Below, one piece after another: positions 27,601-38,539 of a stretch of 64,000 nt of DNA. The DNA is taken from contig DAHWNL010000039.1 of the NCBI GenBank assembly GCA_027339965.1, forward strand, positions 1 to 64,000, given 5' to 3'. The position numbers and the translations under genes are program-made. This DNA comes from Granulicella sp. GTDB taxonomy: Bacteria; Acidobacteriota; Terriglobia; Terriglobales; Acidobacteriaceae. The notes beneath the pieces are model-generated. The model saw only the letters and a program-made list of their open reading frames with translations. It had not been told where the DNA came from and did no database searches. The stretch's first letter is position 1. Each line of letters opens with the position of its first letter.

Positions 27601-28180
27601 AGGCTACGCCGTCATCTACGAGGATCGGGCCCTGGCCTTCACTGAAGCTCCCGCCAACGCTAACGACCTGGCCCGCCAGCGGTTCCGCTGGTCCTTCGGT
27701 ATTCTGCAAGCGGTCTTTAAGCACCGCGGAGCTATTGCCAACCGAGTGGCCATGGGTCTGTTCGCTCTGCCCAATATCCTTGTCTTCCAGATCCTCCTGC
27801 CGCTGGTCTCGCCGTTGATTGACCTCATGTTTGCCGCCGGCGTCGTTCATTACTTCATTGACAAGCACTTTCACCCTAGCACCACGAATCCGGAGGATCT
27901 TTACAAGCTTGTCAGCTTCTTCGTGGCGTTCCTGCTGATTGACTTTGCCACCTCCACGCTAGCCTTTCTGCTGGAGCGTAGACACCCCGCCAGCAAAGGA
28001 GACGCGTGGCTGCTGGTTCACATCTGGATCCAAAGATTCACTTACCGCCAGCTCTTCTCCTGGGTACTTGTCCGCACGGTGAAGCGCGCCATCGATGGCC
28101 GCAGCTTCAACTGGGACAAATTGGAACGTACGGCCCTCATGTCCAAGAACGCCGAGAAGTTCCTCCAGGATCCTCACTGA
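24614..28180 (+). CDS. GH18-like + CE4 polysaccharide deacetylase + processive GT2 fusion
   Basis: GLDLDFQ (GH18-like); SFDDGP, NHTYSH, FRPPY, LMHD (CE4); DDGS, DAD, AED, QRFRW (GT2) plus TM helices. Confidence 0.93.
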   Translation: MRKQVFYDPQRKRWKRLRRLFDVLALLGAAVGIVFVVGLVRMKPMQGLNFHSVTRRYRALSNPPAPELRSREKLNRSAHRKTNLKPSDVVLNQGEGLRAAFYTDLDPGSYASFKEHVKQIDLLFPEWLHVLSADGSLTAYTSDETPFAVVDSAGVHGVDHQNKILRTIQDAREDTEIFPMVNNYSPTDGVFEPSVEQFLLSPEARGKFIRQIDLFLNTNTRYRGLDLDFQALPDDAQIAYSQLVGALYADFQSRHLRLYINVPVDPGSLDLKYLAAHSDGLILMNYGQHQWGTDPGPIAGQDQFEDNLRALMKVVPLQKIICSIGGYGYDWTNPIPPPPQYKHGRRVGPLPRPGATVYTTTMLSTQEAWQAASDSGATISLDSNSLNPHFSYIDEDAGVKHNVWFLDAVTALNQMRVAEALGIQTFAIQRLGLEDDSLWKIWDHPLKVDPVKALAAVAPGQDVDTEGDGDILRVTSPPQNGHRTLTMDDDPTIPKPFLSVVSETMDSYPLPYTLTQYGYHPKEVALSFDDGPDPEWTPKILKILKQYHVIGTFFMIGDEAQDNIGLMKQVYRNGNEVGNHTYSHPDISEISQRQVVLQLNLTERLFAAELGVQPVYFRPPYSIDQEPDTNDQAAPVQAIQRLGYVIVGDKIDTNDWDVHPRKTPQEIVNSIFQQISEFNAKPWTRGSVILMHDGGGDRSATVAALPVLINALRAHGYKIVPVSALIGKTTAEVMPPIKGRQRYYAFVDSIAFALISFFNHFVISVFFIGDVLMSGRLIIIGLFAIIDRFRKRKDFATPNYSPHVAVLIPAFNEAKVIVRTIRSVLMSDYKNIRIIVIDDGSTDGTAKITAETYAKEIEAGRLTVLSKPNGGKADALNFGLAQIRENEEVYVGIDADGAIAHDAISRLIAHFANPRIGAVAGNAKVGNRVNLWTRWQALEYITSQNFERRALDLFDVVTVVPGAIGAWRTASVKAGGGYHPDTVAEDADLTMNLLEQGYAVIYEDRALAFTEAPANANDLARQRFRWSFGILQAVFKHRGAIANRVAMGLFALPNILVFQILLPLVSPLIDLMFAAGVVHYFIDKHFHPSTTNPEDLYKLVSFFVAFLLIDFATSTLAFLLERRHPASKGDAWLLVHIWIQRFTYRQLFSWVLVRTVKRAIDGRSFNWDKLERTALMSKNAEKFLQDPH

Positions 28181-28346
28181 GTAATCAGGGAAACGTTCTG
28201 GCTTTTGCATGGATCTTCGCAACCTTGGAAACAGAGGTTATGCGGGACGCGCCCTTCATCCGTCCTCCTGGAAGCCGGATCCTTCGGTCCAGGATGCCGG
28301 TTGGCCGCGCAAAGGCGGACGGAGCGCTCCGTTCCAAATCCTTGGA

Positions 28347-28421
28347 GATTTTTCCCAGCGGGTGCTTTACGATGCCTCGACCTTGATGGGCGCTTTCCCA
28401 GTGAAAGCGCCGCAGCAGGCC
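28347..28421. repeat. Degenerate third copy of the MITE-like repeat
   Basis: GCGGGTG...CGATGCCTCGACCTTGATGGGCGCTTTCCCAGTGAAAGCGCC aligns with the core of copies 1 and 2; terminal repeats eroded. Confidence 0.68.
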
Positions 28422-28569
28422 GGCAGGGAAGCCTGGTTGTTGTGGAAGCAGCCCGGAGGGGATGCAGCTCTGGACCTCGCCTAAGCCGGAGATTCTATAA
28501 CCGGACGGCTGGTCTGGAGTTCCGAATCAGCTGTCCGGAGCCCACCGTAGAATATCTTGAGAGGTCTCT

Positions 28570-30141
28570 ATGAGTTCGACAACTTCCATCTCTCTACCCC
28601 CATTTCGCAACGAACCCTTTACCGATTTTTCCAACGCGGCGAACCAGCGCGCCATGCGCGAAGCGCTCGATCGCATCCGCGTAGAGATGGGCCGCACCTA
28701 CGATCTGATCATCGGGGGAAGAGATGTGCAGACGCCCAGCACCTTCCACTCCATCAATCCCGCCAACCCCTCCGAGATCGTTGGCATTCACTACGCCGCC
28801 GGAGCTCGCGAGGCCGGGCAAGCTGTGGAAGCTGCGGAACTGGCGTTCACCACCTGGGGCAAAACGTCCGCGGCTGACCGCGCGGCTCTACTGCTGCGCG
28901 CTGCCAGTTTGCTCCGCCGGCGCCGTCTTGAGTTCTGCGCCTGGCTGGTCTTCGAGGTGGGTAAAAACTGGGGTGAGGCCGACGCTGACGTCGGCGAGTG
29001 CATCGATTTTATGGAGTTCTACGTTCGCGAGGCGCTGCGTCTGGACGCCGCCACCACGCCTATCCAGTATCCCGGCGAACGAAACCGGCTGCGCTATATC
29101 CCGCTGGGCGTCGGCGCGGTCATCCCTCCCTGGAACTTCCCGTTAGCCATCCTGGCCGGGATGACCTCGGCAGCGATGGTCTGCGGCAACACGGTGGTGC
29201 TGAAGCCAAGTCCGGATGCTCCCACCATCGCGGCACACTATCTCTCTCTACTGGAGGAAGCGGGCCTGCCTGACGGTGTGGTGAACCTGATCCAGGGAGG
29301 TCCGGAGGCGGGACGCGCCGTCGTCGAGGATCCGCGGGTCCGGTTTATCGCCTTTACGGGCTCCCGAAAGGTTGGGTTGGAGATCCACGAGCTGGCGGCT
29401 CGATCCCAGCCCGGCCAGCACTTTCTCAAGCGAACGATCCTTGAGATGGGTGGCAAGGACGCAATCCTGGTGGATGCGGACTGCGATCTGGACCAGGCCG
29501 TTCTCGGCGTGACAGCTTCAGCCTTCGGGTTCAATGGACAGAAGTGTTCAGCTTGCTCCCGGGTTATCGTCGATGCTGCCATCTATGAGGTCTTCTGCGA
29601 CCGGATCAAAGAGGCAGTGGCGGCCCTTACCCAGGGTCCTCCGGTTGAGAACTTCCCGACCGGCCCGGTCATCAACCAGACCGCCCGGAAACGGGTCCTG
29701 GACTACATTGCGATGGGAAGGAATGAAGGCCGCCTGTTGATCGGTGGCACCGAGGTGGATCTACCGGGACATGGCTTTTATATCGCTCCCACCGTCTTTG
29801 CCGACGTGCCTTCCAACGCCCGGATCGCCCAGGAAGAGATCTTTGGACCCGTCCTGGCTGTGATCAAGTCCAACAGCTTCGATGAGGCTATCGCCATCGC
29901 CAATAACACGGAGTATGGCTTGACGGGAGCCGTGTATAGCCACTCCCGCGAGCGGCTTGAACGGGCCGGCGAAGAGTTTCATGTAGGCAATCTCTACTTC
30001 AACCGCAAGTGCACCGGCGCCATGGTAGGAGCTCATCCCTTTGGCGGCTTCAACATGAGCGGAACGGACTCCAAAGCCGGGGGCCCTGATTACCTGACAC
30101 TATTTACCCAAGCCAAGTCAATCGCTGAGAAGCTCTCATAG
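28570..30141 (+). CDS. pruA: 1-pyrroline-5-carboxylate dehydrogenase (RocA/PruA type)
   Basis: FRNEPFTDF, PWNFP, FTGS, EMGGKD, GQKCSACSR, EEIFGP, GTDSKAGGPDYL. Confidence 0.93.
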   Translation: MSSTTSISLPPFRNEPFTDFSNAANQRAMREALDRIRVEMGRTYDLIIGGRDVQTPSTFHSINPANPSEIVGIHYAAGAREAGQAVEAAELAFTTWGKTSAADRAALLLRAASLLRRRRLEFCAWLVFEVGKNWGEADADVGECIDFMEFYVREALRLDAATTPIQYPGERNRLRYIPLGVGAVIPPWNFPLAILAGMTSAAMVCGNTVVLKPSPDAPTIAAHYLSLLEEAGLPDGVVNLIQGGPEAGRAVVEDPRVRFIAFTGSRKVGLEIHELAARSQPGQHFLKRTILEMGGKDAILVDADCDLDQAVLGVTASAFGFNGQKCSACSRVIVDAAIYEVFCDRIKEAVAALTQGPPVENFPTGPVINQTARKRVLDYIAMGRNEGRLLIGGTEVDLPGHGFYIAPTVFADVPSNARIAQEEIFGPVLAVIKSNSFDEAIAIANNTEYGLTGAVYSHSRERLERAGEEFHVGNLYFNRKCTGAMVGAHPFGGFNMSGTDSKAGGPDYLTLFTQAKSIAEKLS

Positions 30142-30504
30142 AGCGATCTTCCAGGCAGCAGAATTTGTACGCAACAGCATCGGGCGTCCCCCTTGGAGAA
30201 GCAGGCTGCGCATCGGCAGTGAAGCTTTTCCTCCCTGGAGATGCGTCTACGGCTTCTCCCAGGCAGCGTTCGCCTTGGGGCTTCACACCTTTTCATGAAG
30301 GAAGGCCGGGGGATCTCGGTTTTGAGAAAGGTCCTTGGCAAGCATGCCTGGTTCAGAGCCTCTCCATGGAAGCTGAAGCGGTCTGTGCTGCGTGAAAGCC
30401 GATGGCCTTTGCAGGAGCGCCGCTACTCCGTTTCTTCTCAACTTCCGATCTTCGCTGTTTCAGCTTCTTTCAAAAAAGGGGCAGAGCCTTAACAACAGCG
30501 CACT

Positions 30505-31155
30505 TTACGCTGTACGCGCCATTCCCAGGCGCACACTTTGCACCATCTTCGCCAGAACCTGGTGATGCATCGCGAAGATTGCCAGTTCGAGCCTGTCACA
30601 GACCTGCACCTTGGAGTAGATGCTGCGCAGGTAGTTTTTGATTGACTGCTCCTTGGTGCTGAGCCGTTGCGCGATCTCCTTGTTCTTGAGCCCTTCGCAG
30701 ATCAGCGCGACGATCTGCAACTCGCGCTCCGTCAGCCGCTTTAGCGCCTCCGAGCCTTGCTGGTCCGGCGCAACCATGGTCTGCACCAAGGCCGGCTGCA
30801 AATAACGCCCACCCTCTGCCACGCGATGGAGGCAGTCCAGCAATTGAGGCTCGGCGACCGATCGTGACAGCGCTCCATGCAGCCGCTCGGCGAGCGCGCC
30901 ATCGAGCACAAACTCTGATTCCAGAATCATCACTGCCCGGCAGCCCGAGCGTTCCACCAGATCCAGCAAAGAGGCGATCTCAGTCGTAAAGCTCGAAGGA
31001 AAGATCACGATGGCGCCACGCCAACTGCTGACTGCCCTCTCGAACTGCACTGGCTGGCTGCACTGCGCAACCACTTCAATACCGATCTCTGCTTTCAACA
31101 CTCTTGTCAGTCCCGAACAATAGATCGCCTGATTGTCCGCCAGAATGATTTGCAT
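30505..31155 (-). CDS. NarL/LuxR-family regulator with degenerate receiver domain
   Basis: LTERELQIVALICEGLKNKEIAQRL HTH; the receiver lacks the usual phosphoacceptor Asp. Confidence 0.88.
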   Translation of the reverse strand: MQIILADNQAIYCSGLTRVLKAEIGIEVVAQCSQPVQFERAVSSWRGAIVIFPSSFTTEIASLLDLVERSGCRAVMILESEFVLDGALAERLHGALSRSVAEPQLLDCLHRVAEGGRYLQPALVQTMVAPDQQGSEALKRLTERELQIVALICEGLKNKEIAQRLSTKEQSIKNYLRSIYSKVQVCDRLELAIFAMHHQVLAKMVQSVRLGMARTA

Positions 31156-31559
31156 CTTTGGAAAAGCCTCTTTTCTCCTCGCATCTCAGACCACGGACCA
31201 AAGAGCATCCGGAGGCCTGCCCAACATCGCGCCGCGAATCGTCAATACAACTGGAAGTCGAAGAATGCGAATCGCAGCCGCATGCCGACATTGTCTATAT
31301 CGGCAGGTGCGACTGATCCTGGGAGTGTTGTTTCTTCGGACAGCAGACTCGTTCCGCACGGATGGCAACTTGCCATTGGCTGGGGACCGCCGGATCCGAA
31401 TCGGACCAGACCGGTCATCTCCGCTCCGCACAGAGCAACCTGCGCAACTCTTGGCGAAGAATTGTGTTTACTTGATCACGCTGTCAACTGCCTCCATGGC
31501 ATGAAGGAATACCCCAGGACAACGCGCGGGGAAGACTCCCCGGGCGTCAGGAGAACTCC

Positions 31560-31892
31560 ATGAAACGCTTGATCGGCGACCTCGCGATCTCTGCCATGCT
31601 GGCCGTAGCCGCTTTGGGATGCGCCCATCCCTGCTATCCACCCCCGCCACCCCCGCCGCCGCAGGTTCCTGCCGCTCCAACGATCATTCAGATCGCGGAG
31701 CAGAATGGCTTCTCCTTCGGTCGTCAGGACGGCGCGCGCGCTGCCAGGCTAGGGGAGGTTCCTCATCCTCGCCGCACCCGGGACTTCCAGGTTACCCCGG
31801 GTTATGCCCCCCAGATGGGGCCCTACGGGGTCTACCGCAGGGCCTTTCGCCGCGCGTTTCTCAACGGCTACCGCAGGGGCTACTACCGCTAA
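31560..31892 (+). CDS. Small Pro-rich putative lipoprotein
   Basis: AGGAGA RBS, AALGC lipobox, poly-Pro, [17 protein letters not shown]. Confidence 0.8.
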   Translation: MKRLIGDLAISAMLAVAALGCAHPCYPPPPPPPPQVPAAPTIIQIAEQNGFSFGRQDGARAARLGEVPHPRRTRDFQVTPGYAPQMGPYGVYRRAFRRAFLNGYRRGYYR

Positions 31893-32006
31893 CGCGTTTT
31901 CAGTGCAGGTGTAACGCGACGCCTCGACCTCCATGGGCGTTTTCCCCAAGGAAAATACCACTGCACGCCCTCTCCGGTGTACCCATCAACACTGAAAATG
32001 CTAGAG
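31889..32006. repeat. MITE-like dispersed repeat, copy 2 (core 31894-32001)
   Basis: GCGTTTTCAGTG...CACTGAAAATGC terminal repeats; left flank overlaps the TAA stop of the lipoprotein gene. Confidence 0.85.
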
Positions 32007-32209
32007 AACACCCTGGGCCGGGCAGGCAACACCGGAGACGTTTCCGCCGGTCTGCCGCGGAGTTCCTGCACTCGCCGGGATCCAGTTCCAGCGAACCCTA
32101 CGCGGTGCCCAGCTCCAGGCCGCACATGGAGCCGGAGACTTGTTCTAAAGTGAAGGTAGCGTGGAGCGCGCGAAGCAGACGGCGCAGCCGCAACCATCCC
32201 GATACCCTT

Positions 32210-32653
32210 ATGCAACCTTTTCACATCGCTTTCCCCGTTGATGACCTGCAGGCAGCCCGCAACTTCTACGGAACGATTCTGGGCTGTACCGAGGGACGAA
32301 GCACTGACGAGTGGATTGATTTCAATCTATACGGCCATCAGATCGTCGCTCATCTCCGGCCTGCGGCGGGGCCAGCGAGCAGTTGTTGCGCAGAAGCCCC
32401 AAAACCCGTTCCGGCCCATGTGGTCGACGGCCATCCGGTTCCGATTCCTCACTTCGGCGTGGTTCTTTCACCCCCTGAGTGGAAGGAGTTGGCCGCGCGC
32501 GTGCGCGCAGCTAAGATCCCGTTTGTCATTGAGCCGTACACCCGTTTTGCAGGCCAGGTTGGGGAGCAATCGACGATGTTCTTCCTGGACCCGAGCGGCA
32601 ACGCCCTGGAGTTCAAATCCTTTGCGGATCTCTCGCAGCTCTTTGCCCGCTAG
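32210..32653 (+). CDS. VOC/glyoxalase family protein
   Basis: [44 protein letters not shown]. Confidence 0.92.
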   Translation: MQPFHIAFPVDDLQAARNFYGTILGCTEGRSTDEWIDFNLYGHQIVAHLRPAAGPASSCCAEAPKPVPAHVVDGHPVPIPHFGVVLSPPEWKELAARVRAAKIPFVIEPYTRFAGQVGEQSTMFFLDPSGNALEFKSFADLSQLFAR

Positions 32654-32927
32654 GATCGTTCTCCCACCAGAGTGGCATGATGCCTCGACTGTGTTGGCCG
32701 ATTTGCCTGATAAGAATACCCATTCAGCCCCCACCGGGAGACCTGGTGATGCGGAAAGATCGACGAGCGCCGCCGCTTCCAGCCGTCAAATGCAATGCGG
32801 CGGGATTCTTCGTGTAAAAGGAGCGCGCTCGTCAGCTTCATGGTTGTGTCAGCGCGAGCAAGCCGCTCTTCCGGCATATGAGGCAGGTTTTGAGCGTCCG
32901 GCGGAGCCATGCATCCCGGACAGGATG

Positions 32928-35372
32928 CTATCTCGCCGCCTGCTCCTCGGTCACCACCCGCGGCCGGACGCCGTTGACCCCCTCGGCATAGCGCGCAATC
33001 CCGCGATAGAGGCTCTCCGCTACACGTTCCCGATACTGAGGCGTCTCCAGCTCAGCGGCGGTCCTGGGATTGGTCACAAAACCAATCTCCGCCAGGATCG
33101 ACGGCATGTTCGCCCCGATCAGCACGACAAAGGGCGCCTTCTTGACCCCCCTATTCTTCAGCCCAGGATTTGCATGGCGCTGGCCCGCATAAAGCGACTG
33201 ATCTACATCTGTTGCCAGCTCTCTGCTCTCATCGATCTTGTCCTGGAGAGCGATCTTCTTCACCAGGTCGCTGAGATCATGCACGCTCTCGGTGGAGACG
33301 GCATTCTCGCGCGCCGCCACCTTCATCGCCTCCGGATCGGTGGTGAAGTTTAGATAGTACACCTCTACCCCGTGCACGTTCGGGTCATGCGAACTGTTAG
33401 CATGCACACTGATGAACAGATCCGCCTGCGCCTTGTTGGCGATGGCGGTTCGCGTCTCCAGCGGCACAAATGTATCATCATCGCGGGTGTACACCACATC
33501 GGCCCCCAGCCGGTCGTGCAGCAGCTTGCCCAACCGCAGCGCAACATCCAGCACCACATTCTTCTCTTCGATGCCGCCTGCGCCTAGCGTGCCGGAGTCG
33601 TGCCCGCCATGGCCTGCATCGATCACAATGCGGTCGATCTTCAATCCCAGCGTGCGCATCAGCGAAGTCTCTCCGTCGCTGGTAGGCGGCGGTATTGGAG
33701 CAGGCGATCCATGCTCTTCGGCAGTGATGGCTCCTTCTCCCGCCGCCGGCCTCGCTTCGCGGCTAAGCCGTGGGGCCGGCTGCGCCTTGGGCGCGAGCTT
33801 GCGGTTGGTCTCGGCGATCGGCTTCGAACTAGGCCGGCGCGTAGCCTCCACCATTCCAGGCTGACGGCTCACCTCGGCAACGTCGGCTTCGTTCGCTGCC
33901 GCATTGCCCGTCGAAGTCGAGGTGTCCGTGACCAATGTGGAGTTGCGGCGCAAAGGCTCCGGCACAGCCCTCGGCGACGCCTCGGAGGCGCTGTTCCCTG
34001 CGCCGTTTGAAACCCTTCGCGGCATTCCAAAGCTCGTTCTCCCATCCGTTACCGGCATTGCCGGCAGGCTGGATATCTCCACCGGCCGAGCACCGTCCGG
34101 CCGTTCCGAAGCACTGGCATCCAGCTCATCCGGCGCGGGGCTCCCTTTTGGCTGCTCCGCAGCCGGCGGATTTACCTCCACCACTCCGGCCGGATCCCCC
34201 GTTTGCATGGCTTGGCGGCTTCCCGGTTCACCGTGGATATCGATGATCAAACGGTAAGGATTGGGAAGCCAAAACGCGGAATACTCCGTTACGTGATGGA
34301 CGTCGAGCACTACCCGGGTGACATTGTTCTTGAACTGCGCCACTCGAACTCGCTCGAGAAATCCATCATCCGTCACCGGGAAGTTCTTGCCTGCCAATCC
34401 CGCGCCCAGGCGCGCGTCTTCAAGGTCAAAGAAGATCCGGTCTGGATCCTCCACCCGCGCCGCCTCGTACTTTACCACTTGCCCCGGCGCTACATTCAGA
34501 TCGATCGCCACCCGGGTATAGCTGGCTGTAGACCAATGTCTGATCCCGGTGACCATAGACAGAGCCCCTCGGCTGGGTGCCGCCCCCAAGCGAGGCTCGA
34601 TCGGTGGTGCTTGTCCTCCCGTCCCAGTCTCCGGCTGCACGGCCGCAGCGACTGTTCTGACGGAAGCCGACCCGGCAGAAATCGATGCAGGGCTAGCCTG
34701 ATTGAAACCGGACGGGGCCGGCCGATCGCCGGCAACCCTCTCTCTTGCCTTAGAATCTGCCTGGCTGGCCTTGGCATGGCGCAAGGCCTGAGGGTAATCC
34801 TCGGCGAGCTCGGCGCGAATCTTGCCGGCTTCTTGAGCTGCCTCTGGATCCGTCACCTGGCCGTTGTCCCGTCCCGGCGCAGATCCCGATTCCACTAAAT
34901 CGAGCGCCTTCTCCAGAGCCACCGGGGCCAACCTGTCCCCTGGATAGGCTTTGGCCAGATATTCATATTGCCCAACCGCGGCGGCGATGCTCTGCCTATC
35001 GTTCAGCTCGCGCCCCCGCTCGGCAAATAGTTCGGCCACCTGTTCCACCGCGGCGGCCGAATGCTTATCCCCGGGGTTGTCGCGATAGATCACGCGAAAC
35101 TGGTTCATCACATGCTCGTACGCCTGCCGGGTGTGCATCCTTCCGGGTTCAGATTCGAACTTGCGCCGGGCCAGCAGGGCCTCCCGCCAGGCCGAATCTG
35201 CCCGTCCCTGCGTGCTTTCGGCAGTAGAACCCACTTCGAATCTGACGGCAGCCAAACTGCTTGGCGCGGTCAGAGTCGCCATCGACAAACCAAGGAGGAC
35301 CAGGACGCCCCATGCAACACGGCCCAAACTTCCGTCAACAGCATGGATTTGACCGCTCTGCAGGTGATCCAT
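32928..35372 (-). CDS. N-acetylmuramoyl-L-alanine amidase (TPR-like + AMIN + Amidase_3)
   Basis: IVIDAGHGGHD, EKNVVL, FISVHAN, SILAEIGF; AMIN-like DPDRIFFDL and PYRLIIDI. Confidence 0.93.
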   Translation of the reverse strand: MDHLQSGQIHAVDGSLGRVAWGVLVLLGLSMATLTAPSSLAAVRFEVGSTAESTQGRADSAWREALLARRKFESEPGRMHTRQAYEHVMNQFRVIYRDNPGDKHSAAAVEQVAELFAERGRELNDRQSIAAAVGQYEYLAKAYPGDRLAPVALEKALDLVESGSAPGRDNGQVTDPEAAQEAGKIRAELAEDYPQALRHAKASQADSKARERVAGDRPAPSGFNQASPASISAGSASVRTVAAAVQPETGTGGQAPPIEPRLGAAPSRGALSMVTGIRHWSTASYTRVAIDLNVAPGQVVKYEAARVEDPDRIFFDLEDARLGAGLAGKNFPVTDDGFLERVRVAQFKNNVTRVVLDVHHVTEYSAFWLPNPYRLIIDIHGEPGSRQAMQTGDPAGVVEVNPPAAEQPKGSPAPDELDASASERPDGARPVEISSLPAMPVTDGRTSFGMPRRVSNGAGNSASEASPRAVPEPLRRNSTLVTDTSTSTGNAAANEADVAEVSRQPGMVEATRRPSSKPIAETNRKLAPKAQPAPRLSREARPAAGEGAITAEEHGSPAPIPPPTSDGETSLMRTLGLKIDRIVIDAGHGGHDSGTLGAGGIEEKNVVLDVALRLGKLLHDRLGADVVYTRDDDTFVPLETRTAIANKAQADLFISVHANSSHDPNVHGVEVYYLNFTTDPEAMKVAARENAVSTESVHDLSDLVKKIALQDKIDESRELATDVDQSLYAGQRHANPGLKNRGVKKAPFVVLIGANMPSILAEIGFVTNPRTAAELETPQYRERVAESLYRGIARYAEGVNGVRPRVVTEEQAAR

Positions 35373-35459
35373 GCCTTCAAGTCTACGGTTGCTCCAGCCC
35401 TATCCCGGCTTGTGAATCCCTCGGAGGTACCGTTTCGAATACCTCGACGCCTCAGGCTG

Positions 35460-38261
35460 CTAGAGGATCTCCTCTATCATGTGGCGGGCTCCCGCCAGAG
35501 CCGCGTCCAAGCCGGCTGCGTCGCTACCTCCAGCCTCGGCAAGATCCGGTCTTCCGCCCCCCTTGCCTCCCACCTTGGCGGCAATCGCCCCTACAATTTT
35601 GCCGGCATGGACCCGCGAGGTCAGGTCCTTGCTGACCCCAACGATCAGGTTCACTCGACCGTCCGCCGAAGCCGCGCCCAACACCACCACCCCGCTACCG
35701 AGCTTTCCGCGCAGCTCATCCACCAGATTCCGCATCTGCGACTTGGCCTCTGGAGAAGATCCGAGCATATCAATCCTTTGGGCCAGCACCTTGACGCCCT
35801 TCACCTCCACCGCCGCAGCCAATCTGTCGGCCGCAGCCGCGCTGGCGGACTTCAATCGCAGTGTCTCCAACTCGCGGCGCAGCTTCTTGATCTCTTCGTC
35901 CAGGGCAGCGACTCTGGAGCGTAGGGCCTCTCCACTCACGTCGCCTCCCCCAACGAACTGGCCTGCCGCTCGAGCCACATCCGCATCCCGCCGAAAGGCC
36001 GCCAATGCCCCCATGCCGGTTACAGCTTCCACCCGGCGCACGCCGCTGGCCACGGCTCCCTCCCCAAGCAGCTTCAGCAGCCCAATCTGCCCCGTCGCCC
36101 CGACATGGGTTCCTCCGCACAGCTCAGTGGAGAAGTCGCCAATCTTCACCACCCGCACCTTATCTCCATATTTTTCGCCAAACAGCGCCATCGCACCCAA
36201 CTCATGCACCGCTACATCGATAGGCACATCCACCAGGGTCTCCACGGGAGTGTTCTTTAGCACCTGAGCGTTGACAATGCTCTCAATCTCCTCGATCTCC
36301 TGCGGAGCCACGCCGGCAAAGTGACTAAAGTCGAAGCGCAGGCGGGAGCGGTCGTTCAACGAACCGGCCTGCTTCACATGGGGGCCTAAAACCTGGCGTA
36401 AAGCCGCGTGGAGGAGGTGCGTTCCCGTATGATTGCGCATCACAGCCTCCCTCACCGTGGCATCCACCGCCACATCCACGGTATCGCCCACCGCCATGGT
36501 TTGCTTCACCACCACGTGGTGAGCAAATACACCCTGCACCGGCTTCCGGCATCCGGTCACCTCAGCGACCAAAGTCTGGTGATCGCTGGAGTAAATCCAG
36601 CCCACATCCCCCACCTGGCCGCCGGAGTCGGCGTAGCAGCTAGTGGCATCCAGAACCGCCTCACCCGCTTCTCCAGGTTGAAATACGGGAACGCCGACGC
36701 CATCCTTGACCAGCGCCAGCACCTTGGCGCCCTCCACTCGCAGGGACGTGTAACCCTCAAACTCCGTCTTGGGCAGCTCCCGGTAAACCGGCGCCGCTGA
36801 CTTCTGCGACCCGCCCTTCCAGGAGGCGCGCGCCCTCGCCTGCTCCTCCTCTTTGGCCGAATCAAAACCTTCGGCATCGAAACCCAGCCCGGCATCCCGG
36901 GCCGCATCCACCATAAAGTCCAACGGCAGGCCAAAGGTCTCGTAGAGGTGGAATGCCTCGCGCCCCTCAATACGCAACCCAGCGTCTTTCCTCGGTTCGG
37001 CGGAAGCGGAACCTGCCTCCGCTGATCCTGCGGTCGAGCCGCGCCTCTTCAGGGCGATAAGCTGGTCCATCTGCGCGGAGCCGACCTCCATCACTCGCGC
37101 GAACTGCTCCTCTTCTGCCAGCACCACCTTGGCGACTCGCTCGGCGCTCTCTTGCAGCTCCGGATAGGCGGCCTGCATCTGTTCGCGAACCGCTTCCACC
37201 ATCCTATGCAGAAACGGCTTCTCCTGCCCCAGCAGCCGGCCATGCCGAATGCCGCGGCGCAGAATCTTGCGCAGCACATAGCCGCGTCCGTCGTTGCTGG
37301 GCAGCACTCCGTCAGAGATCAGGAAGGTAGCGGCCCGCGCGTGGTCGGCGATGATGCGCAAGGATGCAGCCCCCTTCTGATCGCTGATGGCCAGCTCGCC
37401 AATACGGTCGCTGGTCAACCCCTCTTTGCCGAACCCTACCAGCTCCGCCGCGCTCCCTATCAAGGGCGTAAACAGATCACTCTCGTAGTTGCTCAGTTTT
37501 CCCTGCAGCACGGACGCTACCCGTTCCAGCCCCATCCCGGTATCGATCGAAGGCTTCGGCAGGGGAGTCAGAACTCCACCGCTGCTGCGATCAAACTGCA
37601 TGAAGACCAGGTTCCAGATCTCCATGTAGCGCTGGTCGTCGTCGGGAAATGGACGATCCTCACCGGTCTCGCTAGCTTCCCTGCCGAGATCGAAGAAGAT
37701 CTCCGAGCAGGGGCCACACGGGCCGGTATCCCCCATCTGCCAGAAGTTGTCCTTCATCCCCATGGCGAAGATGCGCTCCCTGGGGACGCCGGCGTCCATC
37801 CAGAACCGCTCGGCTTCGTCATCACGCGGCACCGCTGCCGGACCCTCTCCCACCCCCTCGAAGATCGTCACGTAAAGCCGGTCCTTGTCGATTCCGAACC
37901 ATTCGGGGCTGGTCAGCAACTCCCAGGCAAAGGCAATCGCTTCCTTCTTGAAGTAATCTCCGAAGCTGAAGTTGCCCAGCATCTCAAAGAATGTATGATG
38001 ACGCCGCGTGAATCCAACGTTCTCCAGATCGTTGTGCTTGCCGCCCGCTCGCACGCACTTCTGGCTGCTGGCAGCCCGCAGATAAGGCCGCGTCTCCGTA
38101 CCCAGGAAGACGTCCTTGAACTGATTCATCCCCGCATTGGTGAACAGAAGGGTGGGGTCGTTGGCCGGCACCAAAGAGGACGAATGCACCCTGCGGTGAC
38201 CCTTGCTCTCAAAAAACCTCAAAAAGTCTTCCCGAATCTGATTCCCTGAAAGGTTGCGCAT
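35460..38261 (-). CDS. alaS: Alanine--tRNA ligase
   Basis: [57 protein letters not shown]. Confidence 0.98.
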   Translation of the reverse strand: MRNLSGNQIREDFLRFFESKGHRRVHSSSLVPANDPTLLFTNAGMNQFKDVFLGTETRPYLRAASSQKCVRAGGKHNDLENVGFTRRHHTFFEMLGNFSFGDYFKKEAIAFAWELLTSPEWFGIDKDRLYVTIFEGVGEGPAAVPRDDEAERFWMDAGVPRERIFAMGMKDNFWQMGDTGPCGPCSEIFFDLGREASETGEDRPFPDDDQRYMEIWNLVFMQFDRSSGGVLTPLPKPSIDTGMGLERVASVLQGKLSNYESDLFTPLIGSAAELVGFGKEGLTSDRIGELAISDQKGAASLRIIADHARAATFLISDGVLPSNDGRGYVLRKILRRGIRHGRLLGQEKPFLHRMVEAVREQMQAAYPELQESAERVAKVVLAEEEQFARVMEVGSAQMDQLIALKRRGSTAGSAEAGSASAEPRKDAGLRIEGREAFHLYETFGLPLDFMVDAARDAGLGFDAEGFDSAKEEEQARARASWKGGSQKSAAPVYRELPKTEFEGYTSLRVEGAKVLALVKDGVGVPVFQPGEAGEAVLDATSCYADSGGQVGDVGWIYSSDHQTLVAEVTGCRKPVQGVFAHHVVVKQTMAVGDTVDVAVDATVREAVMRNHTGTHLLHAALRQVLGPHVKQAGSLNDRSRLRFDFSHFAGVAPQEIEEIESIVNAQVLKNTPVETLVDVPIDVAVHELGAMALFGEKYGDKVRVVKIGDFSTELCGGTHVGATGQIGLLKLLGEGAVASGVRRVEAVTGMGALAAFRRDADVARAAGQFVGGGDVSGEALRSRVAALDEEIKKLRRELETLRLKSASAAAADRLAAAVEVKGVKVLAQRIDMLGSSPEAKSQMRNLVDELRGKLGSGVVVLGAASADGRVNLIVGVSKDLTSRVHAGKIVGAIAAKVGGKGGGRPDLAEAGGSDAAGLDAALAGARHMIEEIL

Positions 38262-38539
38262 AGACGTCTCAAGTTTATCAGTGCGCTGCGCCGTCCTTTT
38301 GGATCTACTGCAAGCGCACGAAGGCGTCTCTCCAAATGCCATCCAGCCGGCGACAGCATCTTCCGTGTTGAAGATCCCGCATTGGGCGAGCCACCATGCT
38401 TTGAGTCCGCCCCGGCAGAACAACCTTCTGCTTCCGCAACCGTGGGAACACTCGACCCTGCATGGGAACACCCAGTCCTGGAACCGGCGCGAGCAGACCA
38501 CTTTCGCACTGAAGATGCTATAAGGACATAGACACTGGC

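Noticed and set aside
31619..32209. Long N-terminal extension of the VOC protein (and of the amidohydrolase at 192-353)
   Set aside because: The extensions run through the MITE-like repeat and upstream gene; family similarity starts at the later ATG
32650..32910. 86-aa minus-strand ORF after the amidase
   Set aside because: No recognisable motif or RBS; cannot be supported as a gene
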